DNA from: Candidatus Cloacimonadales bacterium
Lineage (GTDB): Bacteria; Cloacimonadota; Cloacimonadia; Cloacimonadales; JAFGVF01
Assembly (NCBI GenBank): GCA_963663475.2
Contig: CAXXJV010000001.1
Location: forward strand, 1,536,001 to 1,600,000
Length of the DNA stretch: 64,000 nt
Direction: 5' to 3'
Shown here: piece by piece, positions 51,354 to 59,471 of the stretch
How positions within the stretch are numbered: the first letter of the stretch is position 1
How the letters are laid out: every line of letters starts with the position of its first letter
The notes under the pieces: model-generated
What the model was told of the DNA's origin: nothing
The model's database searches: none
What the model saw: only the letters and a program-made list of their open reading frames with translations
Translations under genes and position numbers: made by a program

Positions 51354-53450
51354 ATGGAAAGTTTAAAAACTTTAGATCTAAGATCAACTAGTGGAAGACC
51401 TAAAAGAGAAGAAATAAGAGAATATTTCCTTAACACTTACAAGATTGAAGAAGAATTATACAAAACACTCAAGCGAGATGAATCTTTCTTTTTAAGAGCA
51501 GATCCTCTCAGACATCCTATCATCTTCTACTATGGCCATACATCAGCCTTCTATATGAACAAGTTGATTTTAGCAGGCCTGATTAAAGATAGAACTAATC
51601 CTACTATAGAATCAATGTGTGCTATTGGGGTAGACGAAATGTCTTGGGATGATTTAAATGAAGAGCATTATGATTGGCCAAGTGTTAAACAAGTAACTGA
51701 TTTTAGACTGCAAGTAAAAGAGCAAGTTTTGCAATTAATAGATAGGCTTCCTTTAGATTTGCCTATTGATTGGGAATCTCCTTGGTGGCCAATAATCATG
51801 GGTATAGAACATATGCGGATTCATATAGAAACATCATCAGTCTTGATCCGGCAATTACCTATTAGTGAAGTTCAAGTAAATCCTAATTTCCCTACCTGCA
51901 AAGAATATACTCCTCCACCTAAAAATGAAATAATTAATGTATTGGGTGGTCATATTACTATTGGTAAATCTCGTGATGATGCTTATTATGGCTGGGATAA
52001 TGAATATGGTATTCATAAAGCAGAAGTAGCTAATATGAAAGTTAGTAAGTTTTTAGTCTCAAATCAAGAGTTTCTTGACTTTGTGGAGTCTGATGGCTAC
52101 TCTAAGCAAGATTATTGGACAGAGGAAGGTTGGGGCTGGGTAAGCTATGCTAAGGTTAAGTATCCTCGATTTTGGATACAAGAACAAGGGAAATGGTATC
52201 AACGAAACATGACCGAAATTATCGAAATGCCATGGTCTTGGCCAGTTGAAGTCAATTTCTTAGAAGCAAAAGCCTTCTGTAACTGGAAATCTCAGCAAAC
52301 AGGCAAGAAATATCGTTTGCCAAGTGAAGATGAATGGTATCAGATGTTTAAAATCTGCCAAGTTGCTTCTTTCCAGAAGGTAGAAGTCCTACCAGCTAAT
52401 ATTAATTTAAATTATTGGGCATCTTCTTGTCCTGTTGATAGATTTAGATTTGATTCACTTTATGATATTATTGGCAATGTCTGGCAATGGACAGAGGTTC
52501 CTATTTATCCTTTCAAAGGTTTTAAGGTTCATCCTCTTTACGATGATTTCACAACTCCAACTTACGATACTCAACACAATCTTATTAAAGGTGGTTCTTG
52601 GATATCTTCGGGTAATCTAGCTATACCTGAATCACGTTATGCTTTCCGAAGACACTTCTATCAACATGCTGGTTTTAGATATATTGAGAGTGAAGAACCT
52701 GTAAAAACCTATGATACAATCTATGAAGAAGATCCTGAAGTAGTAGAAGAATGTGAAAGAGCCTGGGGGCAGGAAAGATTTGGAATTAAAAATCTTTCAA
52801 CCCAATTAATTGATATTGTTTTACCTTATGCGAAAAATCATAAGAAGGCTATGGTAATTGGTTGTGGAGCAGGAAGGACAGTCTTTGAACTTGGCAAAGA
52901 TTTTGATTTTGTTGAAGGTATTGATTTTTCTGCTAGAACTTTCAAATTAGCTGTGGAAATGCAGGTAAAAGGCTATAACCATTATATCACAATAGATGAA
53001 GGTGAAAATACTATCTATAATGAAAAATATTTAAGTAATTATGGCTTAGCTGAAAGTGCTAGTAAAGTTGCTTTCTATCAGGGAGATGCTTCTAACCTTT
53101 TAGAAAAATATAATAACTATGACCTCATAATATCAGAAGTTATGTTAAATAAAGCTTATGATCCAAGAAAGTTTCTGGAAATGATTCATACTAGAATCAA
53201 TAAAGATGGTATCTTGGTAATTGCTCACACTGCAGATTGGTCTTCAGACTTATCTAGTCAAGATAAGTGGTTAGGTGGCTATAGGGGAGAAGATGGTGAG
53301 ATTGTTGAGTCTCAAACAACAATCGAAAGAATTCTTCAAAAAAAGTTTAATAAAATTGGTTTAACTCAAGATTTACCTTATCTTATTTATAAGAACAGAC
53401 ATCGTATGCTGCTTAAGGTTGCTTCGGTTACTTTATGGCAGATAAGATAG
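51354..53450 (+). CDS. ovoA: 5-histidylcysteine sulfoxide synthase (ovothiol biosynthesis): DinB, FGE-like and SAM methyltransferase domains
   Basis: LRHPIIFYYGHT, GVDEMSWDDL, EHMRIHIETSSVL (HxxxHxE), FRRHFYQHAGFR, IGCGAGR. Confidence 0.9.
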   Translation: MESLKTLDLRSTSGRPKREEIREYFLNTYKIEEELYKTLKRDESFFLRADPLRHPIIFYYGHTSAFYMNKLILAGLIKDRTNPTIESMCAIGVDEMSWDDLNEEHYDWPSVKQVTDFRLQVKEQVLQLIDRLPLDLPIDWESPWWPIIMGIEHMRIHIETSSVLIRQLPISEVQVNPNFPTCKEYTPPPKNEIINVLGGHITIGKSRDDAYYGWDNEYGIHKAEVANMKVSKFLVSNQEFLDFVESDGYSKQDYWTEEGWGWVSYAKVKYPRFWIQEQGKWYQRNMTEIIEMPWSWPVEVNFLEAKAFCNWKSQQTGKKYRLPSEDEWYQMFKICQVASFQKVEVLPANINLNYWASSCPVDRFRFDSLYDIIGNVWQWTEVPIYPFKGFKVHPLYDDFTTPTYDTQHNLIKGGSWISSGNLAIPESRYAFRRHFYQHAGFRYIESEEPVKTYDTIYEEDPEVVEECERAWGQERFGIKNLSTQLIDIVLPYAKNHKKAMVIGCGAGRTVFELGKDFDFVEGIDFSARTFKLAVEMQVKGYNHYITIDEGENTIYNEKYLSNYGLAESASKVAFYQGDASNLLEKYNNYDLIISEVMLNKAYDPRKFLEMIHTRINKDGILVIAHTADWSSDLSSQDKWLGGYRGEDGEIVESQTTIERILQKKFNKIGLTQDLPYLIYKNRHRMLLKVASVTLWQIR

Positions 53451-53454
53451 ATAT

Positions 53455-53486
53455 AAGGGGGAGTATTTAACTCCCTCTATTTTTTA
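53455..53486 (+). terminator. Intrinsic terminator
   Basis: AGGGGGAGT-loop-ACTCCCTCT then a T-run. Confidence 0.65.
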
Positions 53487-53674
53487 TCTTGAATACGCAT
53501 ATAGTTAAGTAAGATATTACTAATATACATTTAAGCAAAACTGAAATTAAAATAAAAGTATCTCAAGTGCAGAATCTTTTAAAAATAAACTTAACCAATG
53601 GTATTATTTCTTTGACAAAAAAGTATGCTAAATTAATTTGGTAAGAAGAAGAAATAAAAAAATAAGGTAAGGAT

Positions 53675-54328
53675 ATGAACGAATTTAGAAATAAAAGAAA
53701 AGAATTAGAATATCAATTAAGAAGAGAATTCATTATTGAAGTTGCTCAAAAACTATTCTATGAAAAGGGATATGAAAATGTAACTTTGAATGAAGTTGCT
53801 AAAAAAGCTGATTACACTAAAGCTACCCTATATTCCTATATAAAGAGTAAAGAAGATTTATATATGGAAGTTTATTGTGTAGGCCTGCAAGAAAGACTAG
53901 ACTATCTTAAAAAAGAAATGTCTAAGGTTAAAACTGGATTAGCTAAAGTAGAAATGTTTGGTAAAGCCTATTATGAATTCTATAAAAATCATCCTCAAAT
54001 CCTCTACCATCAACAATATATTGACTACCGACCAATCAATCCTGAAAAGATTGATCCTAACTTAATGGAGAGATTTCAGAAAATTAATGTTGATGGTTAT
54101 ATGATTGTTGTTGAAGCTATTAAGGAAGGAATTGCTGATAATACTATCAAAGAAGATTTAGATCCTAATTATCTCTATTCACAAATTATCTATGCCTTAA
54201 GAGCTGTAGCTTCAGCTGCTGTTTACCGCCGAAAAGCTGTCTTGGAAGAAGAAAATACAGAAGAGATTAATAAGAACTGGTATTACTCATTCTTAGACCT
54301 TCTAATGAATGCTATTACCAAGAAATAA
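53675..54328 (+). CDS. TetR/AcrR family regulator
   Basis: LFYEKGYENVTLNEVAKKADYTKATLYSYIKSKEDL HTH. Confidence 0.92.
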   Translation: MNEFRNKRKELEYQLRREFIIEVAQKLFYEKGYENVTLNEVAKKADYTKATLYSYIKSKEDLYMEVYCVGLQERLDYLKKEMSKVKTGLAKVEMFGKAYYEFYKNHPQILYHQQYIDYRPINPEKIDPNLMERFQKINVDGYMIVVEAIKEGIADNTIKEDLDPNYLYSQIIYALRAVASAAVYRRKAVLEEENTEEINKNWYYSFLDLLMNAITKK

Positions 54329-54340
54329 TCTAAGTAATTC

Positions 54341-55234
54341 ATGAAAATAATTCCTAATTTCAAGTTTACTCCGATTTTAGGATGGTCAGTAAGTAGATAT
54401 GAAACTTTCCGTAACTGTAAGAGGGCTTACTTTTACAGTTACTACGGAAAATTTGATGAGCAAATCCCTAATGATGTCATAACAAGTCTTAAAAAATTAA
54501 CTTCAATACCCTTAGAAAAAGGAAATATTACCCACGATGTAATTAGGGATATTCTCATTAGATACTCAAAAAACTCCTCAGAAATAGATAGAGTAAAACT
54601 CTTTACTTATATTTATAAAATGATAAAATCTTATTGCAAGGGAAAAGTCTTTTCTGAGGTCTATTACCAACAATTACCTAAAGTCGACTTTGAACAATTA
54701 TTTACTGAAATCAAACAGGCAATAGTTAATTTCTTCAATAGTAATAGGTTTTCTTGGTTGCTAGAGAATGCTTTAGACTCTTCAGCAGACTGGGTAATTG
54801 AACCTGGTGGTTTTGGAGAATGTAGATTTAATGACCTTAAAGCTTATTGCAAGGTAGATTTCTTGCTACCAATAAAAAATCAATATTACATATTTGATTG
54901 GAAGACAGGAAAATACTCAGCTGAAAGACACAGAAAGCAAATGTTAGCTTACACTCTCTGGACTAGATCTACTTTTGCTATAAATCCTCAAGATATTAAC
55001 CCAATATTAGCCTTTCTTGACCCCACTTACCAGGAAATAGGAGAAGCTTTTTCTACTAAGGAACTTGATGAATTAAATGATCAAATCTTGCAAGAAAGCC
55101 AAGAAATGTATTCCTATTGCTCTAATGTTCAAGACAACATTCCCCTAGCAAAAAATAAGTTTCCCCAAACAAGCAACTATATCATCTGTTCATTCTGTAA
55201 CTATAGAAAGCTGTGCCATCTCTCTAATCTCTAA
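54341..55234 (+). CDS. PD-(D/E)XK nuclease, Cas4/AddB-like with Fe-S Cys set
   Basis: WSVSR...CKR, E...KVDF...FDWKTG, QxxxY, C-terminal CSFCNYRKLC. Confidence 0.82.
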   Translation: MKIIPNFKFTPILGWSVSRYETFRNCKRAYFYSYYGKFDEQIPNDVITSLKKLTSIPLEKGNITHDVIRDILIRYSKNSSEIDRVKLFTYIYKMIKSYCKGKVFSEVYYQQLPKVDFEQLFTEIKQAIVNFFNSNRFSWLLENALDSSADWVIEPGGFGECRFNDLKAYCKVDFLLPIKNQYYIFDWKTGKYSAERHRKQMLAYTLWTRSTFAINPQDINPILAFLDPTYQEIGEAFSTKELDELNDQILQESQEMYSYCSNVQDNIPLAKNKFPQTSNYIICSFCNYRKLCHLSNL

Positions 55235-55247
55235 TATTACCCTCATA

Positions 55248-55862
55248 TTAGATGATATCAAAAAATGTTGGTATTATTTGATTACTTTTTAAAAGATTTA
55301 TTAATACTATTACACAATAAGTTATTATAAACATAGCTACATCTCGTAAATCTTTATAAAAAACTTTTGGTTTAACACTATATTCTTTAGGCTGTGTGAA
55401 AAGTTTGAAATTAGGTAAAAAACGAGGAACACGTTTTAAATAGTTCTGATAATCTTGTCCAAGAATTGATGCCAAATTCCTCTCTTCACCAACAATTACA
55501 AAAGGATAATAGATTGCAAAACCGAGAATTATGAAAATTAAAACTGCTAGAGAATGAGAGACAAGACCAATCCCTATTGCCCCTATTAAACTATATAAAT
55601 AAAGGGGGTTTCTGCTCACTGAGTAAGGACCATCTGTTACTACTTTTTTATTCTTAAAGCCTGATATATAAAAGGCACACCAAATTCTTCCTAATGTTCC
55701 AATAGTAACTAAAAATAGGGCTATAACATCAATAATACCTGTTTGAATATTACCCAAAGAATACTTCTGGTTACCAAATATAAAGGCAATAATTACTATA
55801 ATAGCTAAGAGTCTCGATAATTTTGTTCTTATCTTTTTAATCTTTTGAAATTTATTTTCCAT
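55248..55862 (-). CDS. Isoprenylcysteine carboxylmethyltransferase (ICMT/Ste14/PEMT) family membrane protein
   Basis: VTDGPYSVSRNPLY, EE...GQDYQNYLKRVPRFLP. Confidence 0.88.
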   Translation of the reverse strand: MENKFQKIKKIRTKLSRLLAIIVIIAFIFGNQKYSLGNIQTGIIDVIALFLVTIGTLGRIWCAFYISGFKNKKVVTDGPYSVSRNPLYLYSLIGAIGIGLVSHSLAVLIFIILGFAIYYPFVIVGEERNLASILGQDYQNYLKRVPRFLPNFKLFTQPKEYSVKPKVFYKDLRDVAMFIITYCVIVLINLLKSNQIIPTFFDII

Positions 55863-55969
55863 CTTTTTCTCCTAATTTCCCCTTTTTATCAATAATAAAA
55901 GAATTGGCAAGAAAAATTTGGAAATAGCAAGATTTTATTTAATACCATATTCTCTTTTTTGCTTATTCC

Positions 55970-56046
55970 ATCCTTAATCCTTCCTTTACAGTCTTTCGAT
56001 GAAACTGGGACTTTCATCGAAAGACTGTAAAGGAAGAAATAAGCAT
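55970..56046. repeat. Second copy of the long hairpin repeat
   Basis: ATCCTTAATCCTTCCTTTACAGTCTTTCGATGAAA-loop-TTTCATCGAAAGACTGTAAAGGAAG. Confidence 0.8.
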
Positions 56047-56140
56047 GCTATAGTTATGAGTAGGGTTTCTGAAAGCTATTTCACTGGTGTAATTTGTTCT
56101 TTTACCAAAAATCCTACTAGTCCTTTCGAATAATGAATAA

Positions 56141-56303
56141 TCCCAAATAATGCAATAGATCTTTGAGAATAGCAGAATATTCTTCTGCAAAAGTAACTTC
56201 CATAATTTTCCCGAATATATATATTATATGCGTCAGAATTCTGCAAGCTATTTTGCTAAAAGAATCTGCACTCTTCTCTAAAGCTCTATTGCACCATTTG
56301 GGA
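56141..56303. repeat. GTAG-REP doublet, full copy
   Basis: TCCCAAATAATGCAATAGATCTTTGAGAATAGC...CTCTTCTCTAAAGCTCTATTGCACCATTTGGGA. Confidence 0.85.
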
Positions 56304-56495
56304 TAATCAAAATAATGAAAAAAAATTATAGAAAATTTTCTTCCACAAAACTGAATTTGAACCGAAAACTTCAACTGTTAATAAATATCTTAGGTATAAA
56401 AATATTAAACCGTGAATATAATCATTGACACTTATGATATATTGAATATTCTTGTCTTATCGATAAGCTCAAACAAAATATATGAAGGAAAGATT

Positions 56496-57578
56496 ATGCT
56501 AAATAGTGTTTTACTGCAAGTAATGACGGATAATCCGAAAATTGATATTAATTTCTTAAGAGAGGTTAACTTAGTTAAAGCTAATGATAAAATTGAAGAT
56601 ATCAGAATATCATCTCTTACGAAATCAACTACTTCATTAATGATTAAGTTTGATTTTATTTTATCAAAGAGTAAACAAAGGAAAGCTTATCTTATAAAAA
56701 CTAATGATGTACAAAGTGATAACACTTACCACTCTATAGCACTTAATGAATGTCAATTTTATAGTTATATCAATGACCTTAATATAACTGATCTACCAAT
56801 TGCAAAATGCTATTTCTCTCATATTATGCCAAAAAAGCAAGGTAGAATTTTAATTCTTGATGACCTGTCTCTTGACTATTCATCAACCAAAACAAATCTC
56901 TCAGATAAAAATATTTGGTTAACTGCTTCAAGTACTCTAGCTAAATTACATGCAAAATTCTGGAATAAATCCCCAAACTTTTTCAAGAAGAAAAGCAATG
57001 ATATTGATCAGCAAATTAATAAACATAGAGAAACAATTTCTGAAAGTCTAGATAAATTTATCATCTATATTAAGGGTAAAGTTAGTCCTGAGCTTATAGA
57101 TATTTACAAGCATGTAGAAAAGGTGTCAAACCAATTGTTTTATGAGAAGTTGATAAGATGTCAAGACAGGGAAAACATTACACTGCAACATGGGGATGCT
57201 CATATTTATAACTTTATGTTTTCGAAAAAACACCTACATAGAGCTCTAATAACAGATTTCCAGTTTTGTAATACAGGTATTGCATGTGGGGATTTGGCTC
57301 ACTTAACAAGAGTAAATTTTGCTGATAAGTTTGATTTAAGTTTTCACCAAGATTTAGTTAAAAATTACTATAATAACCTGTTGGATAATGAGGTAAATAA
57401 TTATTCTTGGGAAAACTGCTGGTCGGATTATCGTAAGCATGTAGCCTGCATGCTATTGATACCAATGTGGCAATACAGTCTTTTCGCTAGTAAGTTGGAA
57501 AATCTACAAGATGACTTAGCGTATTTACTTAAAAACTTTAAACAATTAGAATGTGAAAACTTACAAACAAACACATAA
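56496..57578 (+). CDS. APH/choline kinase-like (EcKL-type) phosphotransferase
   Basis: LAKLHA, LQHGDAHIYN, ITDFQ, GDLA; TTGACA-N16-TATTCT upstream. Confidence 0.82.
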   Translation: MLNSVLLQVMTDNPKIDINFLREVNLVKANDKIEDIRISSLTKSTTSLMIKFDFILSKSKQRKAYLIKTNDVQSDNTYHSIALNECQFYSYINDLNITDLPIAKCYFSHIMPKKQGRILILDDLSLDYSSTKTNLSDKNIWLTASSTLAKLHAKFWNKSPNFFKKKSNDIDQQINKHRETISESLDKFIIYIKGKVSPELIDIYKHVEKVSNQLFYEKLIRCQDRENITLQHGDAHIYNFMFSKKHLHRALITDFQFCNTGIACGDLAHLTRVNFADKFDLSFHQDLVKNYYNNLLDNEVNNYSWENCWSDYRKHVACMLLIPMWQYSLFASKLENLQDDLAYLLKNFKQLECENLQTNT

Positions 57579-57583
57579 AGGAG

Positions 57584-58357
57584 ATGAATATGAAGAGTAG
57601 AGATTTAATCTGCAAAGAATTAAAAGATTTTCTATATGACAAGTCGCAAGTTTTAGCAGTTTGGGAAGGTGGCTCAGTTGCTACTGGTTTTGCTGATGAC
57701 TATTCTGATTTAGATTTAGTCATCGTTGTAAATGATGATTATGTAAATCAAGCCTTTAAACAAGTTGATGATTTTATAGATTCACACTATAAAACATTAA
57801 GAAAATTTAGAGTTCCTGAACCTACTTGGCATGGTTTTTCCCAAACATTCTATAAAGCCCAAGATGTTCCTGAATACTTTTACTTTGACATTTCTGTAAT
57901 GAAGAAAAGCTTAGAAGATAAATTTCTGGAAACTAGCAGGCATGGCAAGGCTAAGGTATGGTTTGAAAAAGAAAAATTCGTTGAAGAGCAAAGGTCCAAA
58001 CAAGAAGACATTGATAAGAGGGTTAGTAGACTCTTTAAGATGGCTACTGCAACAGATTTTATTACTATTCTTGAAATAAAAAAAGCAATAAAAAGAAATT
58101 TATATACTGAAGCTTTCCCCCTTTACTTCACCTTTATTGTAAGGCATTTAGTTGTCATGCTAAATATCCTTAACAGACCTGAAAAAGTAGATTTCAATCT
58201 TCGCTATATTTATCGTGATTACCCGAAAGCTGATTACTTTCTTATCCAAGATGCACTACAAATTTCTAACATAAATGAGTTAAATCTAAAATTTAACCAA
58301 GTCTTATCCAAGTATGAAGATTTAAAAAGTAGACTCGCAAAGCAGATAAAACTCTAA
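57584..58357 (+). CDS. Pol-beta-type nucleotidyltransferase domain protein
   Basis: WEGGSVATGFADDYSDLDL motif with helical C-domain. Confidence 0.82.
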   Translation: MNMKSRDLICKELKDFLYDKSQVLAVWEGGSVATGFADDYSDLDLVIVVNDDYVNQAFKQVDDFIDSHYKTLRKFRVPEPTWHGFSQTFYKAQDVPEYFYFDISVMKKSLEDKFLETSRHGKAKVWFEKEKFVEEQRSKQEDIDKRVSRLFKMATATDFITILEIKKAIKRNLYTEAFPLYFTFIVRHLVVMLNILNRPEKVDFNLRYIYRDYPKADYFLIQDALQISNINELNLKFNQVLSKYEDLKSRLAKQIKL

Positions 58358-58366
58358 TAAATAAAT

Positions 58367-58390
58367 AGGGTAGGCAAAATACCTACCCTT
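58367..58390. terminator. Bidirectional terminator
   Basis: AGGGTAGG-loop-CCTACCCT between convergent genes. Confidence 0.65.
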
Positions 58391-58418
58391 TATCTCATTT
58401 CACTAATAAATTTAATAT

Positions 58419-59126
58419 TTAATGATCTTTTAAGGGAGACCATTCCTTCCAGACATTTCCTACTAAGGCTGGCCCAGGCTTAAGAATCTTCTTACCTGGC
58501 TCCCAACCTGCTGGGCAGACTTCTCCACCTTTAGTCTTTCTTACATGCTGATAGGCCTGAATTTGTCTAATTGTCTCTTCTAATTTTCTTCCAACTGGCG
58601 GAGTTAATACTTCCATACCTTGAACTATTCCATCTGGATCAATAATAAATCTTCCTCGAAACTCGACTCCTGCAGCTTGGTCATATACACCATACATGGA
58701 ACCTACATGACCAGCACCATCTGAAGCCATATGAAAAGGAACATCTCTCTCTGCCATTTTACTTAATTCTTGATCATTCCATACTTTATGAACAAACTGA
58801 CTATCCACACTCATTGAGATTACTTCTGTATCTAATTCTTGAAGCTTTTCATAATTTGCAGCGACCGCTGAAACTTCGGTTGCTCAGACGAATGTGAAAT
58901 CACCTGGGTAGAAACATAATACCACCCATTTTCCTTTAAAATCTGATAATTTAACTGATGTAAATCCACCTTTATAATAGGCAGGTGCTTCGAAATCTGG
59001 AGCTTTATGCCCAACTCTTACTATATCCATTTTATTCTCCTTTGTGTTGATTTGCTCAGGTTTAACCTGGTCTGATTGTTCAATTTTTGAGATTGGTCTT
59101 GCACAACCTACGGCTTTTTCTTCCAT
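58419..59126 (-). CDS. prxU: Selenocysteine-containing peroxiredoxin (AhpC/Prx1 family); in-frame TGA at 58884-58886
   Basis: [19 protein letters not shown] puts TGA at the peroxidatic Cys position; the frame continues to [17 protein letters not shown]; alternative start 59030. Confidence 0.92.
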
Positions 59127-59275
59127 TATAAACTCCTTATAGAATAAGTAAAATGAGATAATGATATTATAATCAAAACAAGGAGAAATCAAAATTTTTT
59201 TGATTAATTGATAACCAATAATCTCTTATTAATTTATTTTATTGATATGATCTTGTATTTTCCCTAGTAAGTTAA

Positions 59276-59343
59276 TCCTAAGTAATGCAGTAGATCTTTG
59301 AGAATATGCAGTCTTCTCTAAAGCTCTACTGCACCATTCTGGT
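59276..59343. repeat. Short GTAG-REP doublet
   Basis: AATGCAGTAGATCTTTGAGAA...TTCTCTAAAGCTCTACTGCACCATT. Confidence 0.8.
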
Positions 59344-59471
59344 TAATAGATAGTCAAGAATGTTGTTAATGAAGTAGCTTATATAAAAGTACAAATATTA
59401 CAAATTATGGAACAAGAGATGCATATGTATATTTACAAAGCTTCATGATAAATCAAAATAGGAGGATAATT

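Noticed and set aside
56117-56374. 85-aa minus-strand ORF
   Set aside because: Lies almost wholly within a REP doublet; chance open frame.
58419-59192. Peroxiredoxin as a pseudogene or as two genes
   Set aside because: The TGA is exactly at the catalytic Cys position, in frame, with a downstream hairpin; selenocysteine explains it better.
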